Shown here: positions 1 through 12,920 of the stretch, piece after piece | Layout: each line of letters begins with the position of its first letter | Position numbering within the stretch: the stretch's first letter is position 1 | Assembly: GCF_009914755.1 (NCBI RefSeq) | Contig: NC_060942.1 | Source: the human T2T-CHM13v2.0 reference genome, Homo sapiens | Reading direction: 5' to 3' (one strand) | Length of the DNA stretch: 64,000 bases | Program-made: the position numbers and the translations under genes | The notes under the pieces: generated by a model | What the model saw: the letters and a program-made list of their open reading frames with translations, nothing else | Told to the model about the DNA's origin: nothing | The model's database searches: none

Positions 1-2082
1 GCTCATACAAACCTATAGAAGTATATACCTTTATAAATAAAGCTATAGAAGTACATAAACCCAACAGGTAACATGGGAGGAGAGGGAACAATGATTGCTT
101 TTTCTTTCTGCACCTGTGTGATGTATTAATAGCATACACGTTTGTCTTTAAGATTGTATTTGAGAAATCCAGGTGTTTTTACCTCTATCCCTACAAGAAG
201 GGTGAAAGAATTTTAGCTTTTTTGTGAGTTTTAACTCTTACCGGAAGAACTCCATCCTGCAGACCCATATCCTGAAAAACAAAAAGTTTCCTCTACTGAA
301 CAGTGACCACACAGATAAGTTGTTTGGTGTGGTAGGAGCAAAGGACTGGGCTGTAACAGTCTTACACAAAAACCATGGAACAAGACTCCAACCTGGAGAC
401 CAACACCTTGAAACCCATAATAAGCTCCTTCTAAAGAAAAGTGAACACACCGAGCTGCCCAGCGTAGAAGCGGGATGTCTCATCTGAAGTTTGAGGTTAG
501 GCAACATTTCCAAAAGATGATTCTGACTTGATCATTCTACGTGTTTCTGCCTCTCTATTCCCTAGAAGCACCCAGGCCTGTAATCATCCAGAGACTAGGC
601 AGCCCAGCAAAAACCTTACACTGTGACACTTACTACTGTTGTCACTAACTCGTCCTAGGGCTTGTGGGATAAAAGTGCATGGGACCAGAGAGAGGAGTGG
701 CCTTAGACTAGCTATGACAACATATCAATGTGTTGTTGTTGTTTTGGCTAGTGTGTACTTGGCCACTCGCCCCTCTCCCCTCTCTCTCTCAAGATGTATG
801 AGACCTGGAAGAGAGACCATGTGTGTCCAAAGCCGCCTCCTCCCCGCCCCGCCCCCCTTGCCATTGAGATGTCCAATTGCTCAGTTCAGGTGAGTCAAAA
901 CTGGAAGACAGCTGTTGCCAGCATCTGTGTAGGCAGGTGTAGGAAAAGACGTAGCCCCAACACCACCTTCATAATAAGGCTGCCCCTTCCTAATTGCTCT
1001 CCAAACTGCGGGCGCGCTAAGCCGCGTTACAGTGCAGGGAGCCGGGCTTCCCGCAAAGCCAAAAACTTACATAAGCAGCTGCAGCCGCCTCCCCTGCCCC
1101 GGGCAGCCCGACAATGGCGGCTGCACGACTTCCTTGTTGCAAGCTTGCAACTTCGGAGTCGGGAGGAAGCAGGGAGCCAAGCGCAGACCCAAGAAGCCCT
1201 CAAGGCGTATCGAGTCCTCCCTCTCAATTTCTTTGGGCCTGGGAGGTGGGGAGTGGAGGAGGCCGTTTGCACTCCTTCCCAGACAAAAGCTCCCAGCCTG
1301 GGAGCCAGGTGGTGAAAGGGCCACTTTCCCTTTCATAATCAGACGTCGAGCGCAGGCTTGGGACCGCGGCTCGGAGCGCGCAGGGAGGGACTGCGGCCCG
1401 CGGCGGCCCCGGCGGCGCGACGAGCGGGAGCGGGCGTGCGGCCGGCTCCGCAGCCCCGCGCCGCGCCGCGCCCCGCTCCGCCCGCGAGCCCGGAGCTCGC
1501 GCCCCGCGCACTCCCCGGCCAGCTCGCGCCGGGCCCTCCCCCGCCCTCCCGCGGCCGGGGGCGGGGGCGGCGCGCGGCCGGCTAACCCAAGCTCCGCGGG
1601 CGCACCCGGGAGTGCGTGCGCTGGGTCCCGGCCCCCTCCTCCGCCGGCGGCTGTAGGCGGCGCGGCGGGGCCCGCGGCTCGGAGGGGCGGCGCCCGGCGG
1701 GCCGCGCTCCGCGCTGGGTTCGGGCCGTCCCCACCCCCACCGCGGTGCACTGCGGCGGTGCGAGCGGGGGCGGCCATGAACTCGGCCGCCGAGGCTCTGC
1801 GAGCGCGCGCGCGGGGCCGCCGCCGCCTGGCCGCTCCCCGAGCCCGCTCGCCGGCCCGCGCGGCCCCCGGGGCGCCCCGGCCCCACGCCCAACCCTGGCC
1901 CACGCCCGTCCCCGCTCGCACCGCGCCGCGCCGCTGGCGGCCGCCGCACATCCTGGAGCTGGCTGGTGCCCCAGAGCTCGGCGAGAACGCGCGTCTTCCG
2001 GGCCGCCCCGCCAGCCGCCGGCCGCCCCCGCGCCCGCCTTGCGGACGGCCCCAGCCCCTTCCGCACCCTGGCCCGCGCTTAC

Positions 2083-2300
2083 CTGCAGCCTGGCACAGGC
2101 ACAGACACTGCCGTGGGTTCCCCGCGCTCGCTAGCAAACGCAGGCCGGGACCGGAGGGGCTCGGGGCGCGGGGGCACGGTGGGTGGCAGTGTGTTTTGGA
2201 TTTTTTTTTGGAGTTTGGGGAGGGGGCGGGGTGGGGGAAATCGTGCACGTCCCTGATGGTAGCAGCCCTCCTCCTGCACGAGCACAGAATGTCTAGCCGG
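2083..2300 (-). other. HIVEP2: Non-coding first exon (5'UTR) of a minus-strand gene, tentatively HIVEP2; 5' boundary uncertain (TSS somewhere in 2160-2300)
   Basis: Consensus donor CTGCAG|GTAAGC on the minus strand (plus gcttac|ctgcag, 2077-2088) inside the CpG island. The gene name rests only on recollection of the 5'UTR sequence. Confidence 0.5.
2217..2237 (+). promoter_or_regulatory. G-quadruplex-forming motif
   Basis: GGGGAGGGGGCGGGGTGGGGG: four G-runs with 1-nt loops. Confidence 0.7.
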
Positions 2301-2491
2301 CCGTGAACACCCCCACCGCCCCCCCCTTCCCGTGCATGCGCGGTGCGGGCTGGGGGGAAGGCGCGCCGCCGGCTTGCGCAGGCACGGAACCCGACCGGGT
2401 CTCTAAGTGGGCGAGCAAAGAAAGGGTTAATCCGGGCCCTTGCCGACGCTTTCGTTGGAGACTACGGGGCCGCCCCCGGAGGGCCCTGGCC

Positions 2492-2515
2492 TGCGCACGC
2501 GCGCGCACGCGCGCG
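2492..2515. promoter_or_regulatory. NRF1-like sites / Z-DNA-prone alternating tract
   Basis: TGCGCACGCGCGCGCACGCGCGCG resembles the NRF1 motif TGCGCATGCGCA. Confidence 0.55.
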
Positions 2516-3245
2516 GCTTGGGGCGCGCGGAGCCCGCGCGCGGGAGAAGGAGTGGGCGGGGCAAGGGCGGGGCTTCGGGAGCCAGGGAACTTAAGCACGA
2601 GCGCTGCTCGCGGACACCCGCCCCGCCTCAAGCTCCCTCCCGCCCTGGTTCGTGGGCTTCCGCCCGCGCCCGGCGCCGGCGCAGCGCCGGGGACGCGGGA
2701 GCCAGCGCTCCCGTGCGTGTGCATGTGCGTGGGCCAGAGCCTCCCCCGGGCGCGCGCAGGCCGGGCGCTGAGGCTGCGGGGCTCTGCCGCGTCTCGGAGC
2801 GGGCGCCCCGGCCACTTTCGCCCTCCGCGCACACCGGCCGACACCGGGAGGCGCGCCCACGGGTCTGCGGTCTTGCCTCTTGCCGCCGGCACATTGAGTT
2901 TGTGGGGGAGTGGACGGTGCACAATAAACACTTGCAGAACAAATGGAAAAAGCGACGTCTTCGATTTGTAGTGTAAAGCGCAACCCCAGTTGCCCAGCAG
3001 AAAGGGATCACCCATAGGGCTTCGGAGCTAGTAGGTCCGCGCCCGGACACTCCAAGGAAAAGTCCCGGGGCTGGAGGCGGCGACCCGTCTGTGGCAGTCC
3101 AGACCCTGGACTCGATTCGGAGAGCTCTGATAACTTGGCTCTGTCCTTACATCCCTGCTCAGCGCCAGTAATGGCTCCGTTGCTGTTGAACCACGTCGCC
3201 TTCCCTCTGACGCGGCGGCTGTGCCTGTGTCTGGCGTCGGGAGCT

Positions 3246-3255
3246 GGGAAGTCCC
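3246..3255 (+). promoter_or_regulatory. kappaB-like site
   Basis: GGGAAGTCCC fits GGGRNNYYCC. Confidence 0.4.
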
Positions 3256-3649
3256 TCCCGCTCCCGCGTTTTCTGCTCACCGAGATGCAGGAGGCCGGAC
3301 AGCAATGCCGCGCCGCCTTAGAGTCGCTCATGTTGCTTTACCTCACACGCGAAGTTTCCCCGAAACGCGTAATTTAATATCTAAAGATTAGAGCAGAAGC
3401 TTCCTCTTGGGCTTATTGAAGATGACATAAGATAGTGCTTGCAACAGGCACCTAAGTAAACATTTGGGAAATAATATGATGATTGGATGTGTTAATTTTC
3501 TAAAGGAAGTTCTATATGGCCTCAGTTGATTTTGTAATATTAATTGACTTTGGTTTAACGTTCCCCAAGGCGACTTTATACGCATCTTTTTTGATGTTCA
3601 CAAAAGCACCCAAGTTACGGCTTATATGGAGGAAATAGGATGGAAGAGA

Positions 3650-3800
3650 CCGGTTGTAGAGTCAGACATATCCAGTTCACATATTGGGTAAATTGTTTAA
3701 CTTCTCTAAACCTCAGCTGAAGGAGAGCTATGGAAAGCACCTAATAAGGCACTTGTAAGGATTAAGTGAAATAATGCCCAGCTAAGGTATTAGCTCCATG
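3650..3800 (+). mobile_element. MIR SINE relic
   Basis: aacttctctaaacctcag...ttgtaaggattaagtgaaataatg resembles the MIR core. Confidence 0.6.
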
Positions 3801-5039
3801 ATGGAAAATCACCTGCACCCACAGATAGTGGGTTCCAGTGGCCTGGACAGAACCAGAACCAAGTCTTCTGCCGCGAAAGTTCACACTCATCAGACATGAT
3901 ACCGTGTACTCGCTTTATTCTTGTTTGCGTAGCTCTTGAAGTTGCATTTCAATCCTGTGGATGCTGTGTGTTTATAGGGGGATAATAATAGTACTCTGTC
4001 ATAGGGTTGCGTCACCAAGCAGTAAAGCAGCCACTGCAGTTAGCACAATGTGTGGACACGGCCAGTACTCAAGTCATGGCGCATCTGCTGCTGGCGCTCC
4101 CCCTTCTCCCATACCACATATGGGGTTTCCCACTCATTCTGCGTGTATTTTTGGTCTGCCTACTGTGTAAAGACAATCTTTTCGCATATGGCTAGGAAAA
4201 GACTTCCCACGTTTCCACTAACCCGATAACATAATTCACAAGAGTTCTAAAGCACTAGAATGCATTTCTCAAGTGACGGTTCCTGACATCCTGGTTTTGT
4301 ATCAATGAATCCTCTTGTCTCATTTGTTTTATGTTCATGTCACCTGGGCTCTGCCTGGCTGTCCCTTGCTGGTTCACAGGGGTTGTGGGGATGAGTCTAA
4401 ATTAAAGGGACAACTCTGTGGGAAGGTGGAGGGATGGGAAACCACAAAGGAAAGGCCTGACCCAAGCCTGGCTTCTCGCCTGTGTCGCCACCCAAAAGTG
4501 CACTTCCCAGCACCCAAGAGGCTTTCAATAAACATCAGCGGACAGTAAGTGACAACCTTGAATTTGATACTAAGGGGCTTTGTAAAAGTACACTGTGGCG
4601 TCAACGCGGGGGCAGGGCTTTCCTGAAATGCACTGACCCAAGGTCCTTGACAAAGTTTTCCTCCTTTTCCGACAACTCTGATGGGTGACATTTGGAGCAC
4701 GTTGTTCCTCACTTGGGACACCCATGGCCTCCTGAGTGGAACCTGTTTCTAAGAATTGTGAGGCCCAGGCCATGGGGCCCGCAGTGTGCAGTCCCGGGTG
4801 CCAGGGTCTGATGTGGTTACAGAGCAGCCCAGTAAGGGACCGTTTGGAAACATTATGTCTCACAGGCGGGGGAGGTTGATTTCTCCCTCATGTTGACCTT
4901 GGGCCCTCTGGCTGGTTTTGAAACAGCAGGATACCAGCAGATGAGAGTGGGCCGGGTCTGAGTAGAGGTTTTGAGAGCAGCCTTTGTTCTGCGCCTCCTC
5001 CTCTGCTGTGACGTCCAGCACAACACGACCATGGTTAGG

Positions 5040-5225
5040 CCACAACCCCCTCTTCAGCTTGGGCCCTTGAATGACAAACAGACCTGAGAATGAAGCCAAC
5101 CCAAAACCTGAGCACAGCCAAGCCTAGAGAGAAGACAACTCACCCACAGACCTATGACTGAGAAGTAAATGTTTGTTTTATAAGCCACTGGGAGGTTGGG
5201 TTTTATGCTTTGTTACTGAACAAAA
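5040..5225 (+). mobile_element. MLT1 (MaLR) LTR fragment
   Basis: cacagacctatgactgagaagtaaatgtttgttttataagccactg is typical of the MLT1 3' end. Confidence 0.6.
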
Positions 5226-5399
5226 TCTAATACATCTGTGCAAGGAAAAGTGTCACACCCAATGCCATAACCACCTTCCCCCTGTGACTCTGAGAACACT
5301 TGATACAGCAAATGAACAAAAACCCGATCCAATCCGTGTCATCATGGAGATACTGATGTGCACATTCAACAAATAATCACATCGTTACACAATTGCACA

Positions 5400-5680
5400 T
5401 TGCAATAAGTGTTTTTATAGAAAGTTAAAAAACACAGAATGTGATGAAAAAGAGGAACAGGAGGAATTAATTTTGCCTGGGAAATCAGTGAAAGCTTCTT
5501 CAAAGGCATACATTTAAGACCTGAAAGATGAGGGAGAGATTCGCAAAGAGGGGGAAGAAATAGCATTTCAAGACAGAGACAGGAACAAAGTGAATGCAAG
5601 GGTGGAAGGAGCTTGAAGTACCTCAGTCTCTGCAAAAGTGGACATGAGATGTGTTTGTGAGAACAACAGTGTCCAGCACC
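5400..5680 (-). mobile_element. L2 relic
   Basis: gggaaatcagtgaaagcttc...catttaagacctgaaagatga L2-like motif. Confidence 0.55.
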
Positions 5681-6089
5681 TGTAGGGCCTTGTGGTTTAT
5701 AGGAAGGGGTCTTCACAATGACAGCCCCGAAAGCTTGGGCCATTTAGGTGGAGGGGTTGAATCAAAGGAAGGTCCTGAACATCTGCCAGGGCAAGGAACA
5801 TCAGGACAAGCTTGTCTTGTGCTTGTGGAGGAATTGCTGCATGAGGATGGAGTTGGCCATGTGGAACGATCATTCTCCTATGGATCAGAACTGGTGGGGC
5901 ATCTGGTCGTCTCTGGGCACCAGACACTTGTTTCTTCTTCCTCTGGAACCTGGTCATTTAGATTTCCTCATTGCCTTTTGGGTTAACATCGAGGAAACTG
6001 GGTGAAGAGTTTCTGGAAACACTCTGTGTTATCTTGACAACTCTTCCATAAATCCAATATTATTGTAAAACGAAAATTATTCCTGTTCA

Positions 6090-7930
6090 TGTAATTATTT
6101 TTTCCTAGATACTTTCAAGATTTTTTTCTTTGTCTTTAGTTTTCAGCATTTTGATTATGGTGTTTTCTGAGTAGGGATTTCATTGCTTATACTGTTTGGG
6201 GATTGCCGAGCTTCTTAAATACATAGGTTTATTTATATCTTTCTCTAAATTTGGGAAGCTTTCAGCTATTATTTTTTTCACATTTTTTTTCAACAGCATA
6301 CTATTTCTCCTTTGTTGAGATTCCAATGACAGGAACGTTGAGTTTTTTAAAAATTATGTCATAGGACCATAAGTCTTTTCATTTTTTAAAATATTTTCTC
6401 TGTGTTGTTCAGATGAAATAGTCTCTATTGATTCTCTACAATTCACTGACTTGTTCTTTTGTCGTTTCCACCCTGCCATTTAGCCTGTCCAGTGAGTTTT
6501 TTTGTTTCACTTGTATTTTTCAGTTTTAAATTTTTTCATTGTATTTTTCTTTATATCTTCTATTTCTTTGCTAAGACTTCCTATTTTTCGATTTAAGAGT
6601 GTTCATAATTGCTTGTTGGAGAATTTATAATAGTTGCCTCTAAGTCTTTTTTACTTAATTCCAACATCATTGTCATCTCAATGTTGCCATCTGTTGATTG
6701 TTTTTTCATACGTGAGTTGAGATTTCCTGGGTCTTTGTATGCTGAATTATTTTGGATTGCATCTTGAACATTTTAAATATTATGTTATAATACCCTGGGT
6801 CTTGTTTAAATCCTGTGGCAAATGTTGATATTTTAATTTTAATAGACAATCGGGTTACGTTCTGGTGACCAGTTTTAACACACTTTCTGTGTGCTGTGGT
6901 TTGATGGTTTCGGACTGCTACTTGGATCTGTTTCATATGCTCCAGGCATTGGCCAGTCTAGGATCTGATGATCTGTTAGTTCAATTCTCAAAGTCTTTTA
7001 TGTGCTGACTAGGCTCAGACCCAGCATGTGCAGCTCAAGGGGGAGCTTAGAGGTTCATAAACAACTTTAGGGGCTCACTTTCCTGGGCTCATTCCTCTTC
7101 TGATTTCCCTGGTACTTTCTACCTTCCTGGAACTCCCTTTTCTGATCCTACATCCAGAAAGTTGGGGCACTTCCATGGCTACACTCTAATCTACAGCCAA
7201 GTGGCAGAAGAACGAGAAGGAAAAAAAATGGTAAATTCCCTGCTGGCTTGGTGATAAGCTTTCTTGTTTCCTGACATGTTGATTTTAAAGAGCTGTAAAT
7301 TTCCTTCTAAGGACTGCTTTCTCCTTTTCAACGTATTTTTTTCATGTTATTTTATTTATATTCAGTTCTATGTATTTCTTTGGTTTCTTCATTACTTTTT
7401 AAATTCATGTTATTTAATAATGCTACTAACCCAAAATATTCCAATGTAATGTATGATTTTATGATATTGTTTCCAATTACATGGGAATATTTTTGAGTTA
7501 TCTTTTTTTGGTAACTTCTTATTTTGGTATAATGCTAACTTACAGAAAATTTGCATGAATATAGTAAAAAAGAAGTCCTGTGTGCATTTTACTTTTATCC
7601 AGATTTACCAGTTGTAACATTTTGCCTTCATTTGCTTAATCATTTGTGCTCACACGTGCACACTGTCTCCAGACACACACACACACAGGCACACACACTC
7701 TCACACACTGAGCCATCGTTTAAGAGTAAGGTACAAATATCCTTCTTTCACCTAAATACCTCAGTGTGTATTTCCTAGAATAGGACACTCTTACATGACT
7801 ATAATACAATAGTCAAAATTAAGTATTTAACATCGATACGATACTATTATCTAATGTGTTTATATTTAAATTTTACCAATTGTTTCAATAATGTGTATTG
7901 TAATGTATATCAATTTTTTCCTGCTGCAAA
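6090..7930 (-). mobile_element. Old L1M (L1ME-like) fragments
   Basis: T-rich antisense L1 motifs such as aaatttgggaagctttcagctattattt and gatttaccagttgtaacattttgcc. Confidence 0.65.
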
Positions 7931-9610
7931 ATTACTCATGGATCTGCCCTTTGTTTTTTATTTGTAAACCTGTTTCATATTCTTCAAAACCAACACTGCT
8001 CTTTTTTCATATTCTGTGATTTGTCTTCTGGTAAAACACCTGTATCAGAGTGTTTGCATCATTTTAAGTTTAGTACATCAAGGGAAAGACTTCCTCTCTT
8101 CCTTGCTGTAGCTTTCTCCATTACCAAGAATACCATTATATTATTATAGTCCTCGTTCCTAAAAACTCAGGATAACTTTGATTACCTTTTTTTCTTCTCT
8201 CAGTTACAAAGCTCAGCTACTTCACTTACAGCAGAGTAGAGCACTCAGCTACACTTGAGAGTTTTCTTCTTTTCTGGAGGACCAACGTTAAGGTTTGACT
8301 TTTGTCCTTGAGCAAAGAATATTTCATCTGCTAGAGTGAAACATGTATTCTTATATTAATATTCAAAATATTTTATTCTCTTTGAACCAGCATGTTATTG
8401 AAGCTGAAATTAGTTTCCTCTGGGCATTTTTTTAAAAAATGTGAACACTTTCAAAGTATGGAACATCTCTTCATCCATCATATGGGCTGATACCTGTCAA
8501 TTACTCTTCTACTCTGGGAAGGTATCCAGACCTATGACACTCCAGGATGTCTGAACCATTGCACTCTATAGGAGTGATGCTTTTCTAACTTGCAGCTGGC
8601 ATTCAAATTAAATCTGTTCTTAATGCTTCATAGAAATATCTACCAAATTCTACTTACATCAAATTATTTTCTCTGTGACCCAAACTGTTTATAATCATTT
8701 TTTTGCTACTTTTTTCAAAACTGGTCTTCTATCATCATAACATTTTCCGCCTGTAATTGGCAAACTGTGTTACATTATTTCTGGTGTTTAGTAAACTGTT
8801 TACTGTAATGCGCCTATTGCATATAGAATGAACTCATCAGTGTGGTTTAGAATTTAACATTTTATTTCATCAAAATTATCATCACACTGCCAAGAATTAT
8901 TAAAACTCGAAAAAAAACCTGCAATGCATTTAGCCATAGTTATGGTGAGCTAAAATTACAGTTTCCCATTTTGGACAATCAAAAAGCTACATTGTTTCCT
9001 CAACCATAAAGACTTCATTCTCAGCATTAGTCAGTGAAAAACCAAAATGAAAATTTCTCCAATCGGCATCTGTTCTGATAGGTTTGTGCAAAGCGCATGT
9101 CACTTCTCTGTACCACTGCTGCCACCCCTGCCACCCCGCCACCCATACTTAGTCTTTGCTCTTCCTTGAGCAGAGTGGGCATGTTTCCTCCTCAGGACCT
9201 TGTGTACCTCTGCAATATTCAGGTTACAATGTTAAAATATATTTCAGATTCTCATTGTCTAACTAAAAATCCTAGTAGCTGGACAAATAGCTATTGAAAC
9301 AGCTCAAGCCCATAATGTAATATTCTTTAGCTTCTTATCTACTACCTCAAATTTCAGCCTTCCTTTACAAAGTTAGGAGACAAGTCCTCCACTTAATTCA
9401 CAGAGGAAAAGCAAAGCAGTGCAGACCCCTGAGTACAAATTGCCCAGCGTCTGGGTACTGATTTGGGTCCAACCAATACCACTTACAAGCCAATGTTTCT
9501 TGGAGAGGTTACTTCATGGTTCAAAATTTAGTTTCCTTATGTGTACAATCAGAATAAAGATAGTACCTACTTCATGAGGTTAATTGATTAATTCAATACA
9601 TAGTTATGAG

Positions 9611-9761
9611 TACAATAAGTCCTCACTTAAGATTGTGAAGATTCTTGGAAACTGCAACTTTAAGCAAAATGACCCATAGAGAAACCAATTCTTTTTTTTT
9701 CCCATCAATGCTATAATGAAACACCATTGAACTGAATGATCTTATTGGAGGGCATGCTGTA
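9611..9761. mobile_element. MER6-like TcMar-Tigger MITE inserted in an L2
   Basis: TA-flanked ends ta|caataagtcctcacttaa ... ttattggagggcatgctg|ta. L2 sequence continues to ~10150. Confidence 0.6.
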
Positions 9762-11397
9762 TGTCACTTCCTATCTGTTTTGTGCCAGCCATTCTAGGCA
9801 CTGAGGATATAGCAGTGAACAAAATACACAAATGTATCTGCCTCAGAGGCAGGCTACAAACAAGTACCTAGTTGAAATATATATTACATTACCTGGTGAT
9901 AAATGCTATAAAAAACTAATGTGGTGGAGGGAAATAGGAAGACTGGAAATGCAGGCAAGCAATTTTAAATAAAGCTGTTTGGAAAACCTCACTGAGAAGG
10001 AAATAGTTAAGCAAAAACCTGAAAGAGGTGAAGGAGGTCAGTCAGGTGCAGATAATGATGAAGAGCCTTCCAGGAAGACAGAAACAACAAGTGCAAAGGT
10101 CCTGAGGTGAAAGCATGCCTTTTGTCTTGAACAAACAGCAAAAGCAGAGCTAGAAAAAAAGAGTACCATGGAAACACATGTGCCCACCCTCACCCTGCAC
10201 CCATCTATGCAGGACAGATGACAGTGTGAGAGTTTTTGTTTCTGTTTTCTACTGAGATGTTATGTTTATGTTTATTGAACAGAAAAATACGTAACACATG
10301 CTGATATAACAATAATTTTACATATTTCTTGGCAAATTCTAGCATGGTTTAAGAGAGAGAGGTCAAGGAACTAAAATCTTCCAAGAATGAGGTAGAGTGA
10401 CAGTGGCAGGGAAGGGGTGGTAAATTGTGTAGTCTGATAATCTGAGAGTCATAGCTAGGGACTTTGACAGAGAAGGGAGGGGGAAAGGCTTGAAAAGGAA
10501 GGAGGGTGTCCTGCTCTACTCCAAAGAGGAGCACCAGTAGGGTTCCAGGGAGAACAATTCAGACTCAAATTATTAAATTCTGGAACACCTAAGAAGGTGA
10601 TACTTTGTTCTGCAGGATGGACTGATGTGAAAGGGATAAGGACATCTCCACTAAATTATTTATTCCATTCAAGGTATCTTTATGCAAACCTCCAACTTTC
10701 CATGGTCAGTCCAAAGTCCTGTCTAGAGATTAGCTGGCATCCTTTACCTTCCCTGTCTTGCAAATATGACCAGAGATGAGGTCAACTTGGATAAGTTGAA
10801 GGTTCGTTTTCTTCTCACAATTTGTTTCAGAATCAATCAAATTTATCTGCATAACTAACCTTCACATTGGATCTAAATTCCAGTTTTTCTTTGTGATGAA
10901 CAGGCCAAGCATGAATTTAAGCAAGTTAATTTATTAGCTGCTACTATATTCAAACTGCAGCATAATAAAAGTAATGGATGACCCTAAATATTACATGACT
11001 ATCTTTACGCTTGGGGAACAAGCTAATATATTTTCCCATACATCTCTTATGTGATATTAATAAAAGTTATGGCTTTAATCTCCACAGTTAAAAAAAGAAA
11101 CAATTCAATGAGAGTCCTAAGAAATTTATAAAGACATATAGATCTTTTCAGAGCTAATATTTAAACCACTTAAGTAAATGGAAAAGGAAATGATCAGACA
11201 AAATATGTCATTGGCTTCTCATTCTTTGCCTTCAATTTCAGAACGAAACAGCTTATCTTTCTAAACTGATCTTTTCGGAAAAGTCTATACTATATTTAAT
11301 ATGAAAAAGATATTTGCAAAATTTCATTCTACCATTTGCAAAATTGTATTTAGAATAATTAAAATGAACACTCATGGGGAAAGATGCAAGCAAACAA

Positions 11398-11728
<331 letters not shown>

Positions 11729-11871
11729 TTACGTTAAATTTCCCATCCAAGGGAGTTACATATTTACTAATATATTTGTTTGACCTCTGAAACAGTCCAT
11801 ATACTCTAGGCCAGCACTAGAGCAATGTTTCACCAAAAAAGTAATTATTTTTCATTAGAAGTGTCTAGTTA

Positions 11872-11961
11872 CTTTTTTTTTTGAGACAGGGTCTTGCTGT
11901 GTTGCCCAGGCTGTTCTTGAGCTCCTGGGCTCAACTGATCCTCCTGCCTTGGCCTCCCAAA
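11872..11961 (-). mobile_element. 5'-truncated Alu monomer (FLAM-like)
   Basis: Poly-T plus left-arm sequence, flanked by direct repeat agaagtgtcta (TSD). Confidence 0.8.
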
Positions 11962-11974
11962 AGAAGTGTCTATC

Positions 11975-12455
11975 TATTTTTAAATAAACTTTTTACTTTG
12001 CACTAATTTTAGATTTATAGGAAAGTTACACAGAGAGTACAGAGTGCTCCCATATGCCCCTCTAGCTCATTCTTCCCATTGTTAACACTTTACAAGACAG
12101 TGGTATGCTTGTCCACATTTAAAAAGCTGATATTGGTGCATTACTACTAACTGAACTTAAGACATGCTTGTATTTCCTCAGTTTTTCCATTAATGTTCTC
12201 TTTCTGGTCCAGGACACAATCCAAAGTCCCACATTGCATTTCTTTGTCATGCCTCCCAAGTCCCATATGGTCTGTGACAGTTCTTCAGTCTTTTCTTGTT
12301 TTTCATGACCTTGGCAGTCTTGAGAAGTACCAGCTGGGCATCCTGTAGAATATTCCCCCAGTCTAGGTTCACCTGATATTCTTCTCACGATTAGACTGGG
12401 GTTATGAGATTTTAGAAAAAATAGCACAAGGTGAAGTACCCTTCTTGTCACATCA
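11975..12455 (-). mobile_element. L1M 3' end
   Basis: ctaattttagatttataggaaagttaca... antisense L1M 3'UTR motifs. Confidence 0.7.
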
Positions 12456-12554
12456 TTGAACTAGTTTTAAATCGCCATATTTTGATTAGGTAAGCTTTAA
12501 GATCCTTTCCAGTTCTAAAATGTTATGATCATATATTGTATACAGCCCATTATA

Positions 12555-12916
<362 letters not shown>

Positions 12917-12920
12917 CCCA

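Larger units (their letters stand above)
1000..3370. promoter_or_regulatory. CpG island / promoter
   Basis: Very GC-rich with abundant undepleted CpG, in sharp contrast to the flanks. GC boxes GGGCGGGG at ~2553-2572. Confidence 0.95.

Noticed and set aside
1289-1305. 8-bp perfect inverted repeat gctcccag-c-ctgggagc
   Set aside because: Short enough to arise by chance in GC-rich DNA.
794-3377. Many long overlapping ORFs (up to 424 aa) on both strands
   Set aside because: Ala/Arg/Gly/Pro-rich translations expected from stop-codon scarcity in a CpG island, with no recognisable domains.
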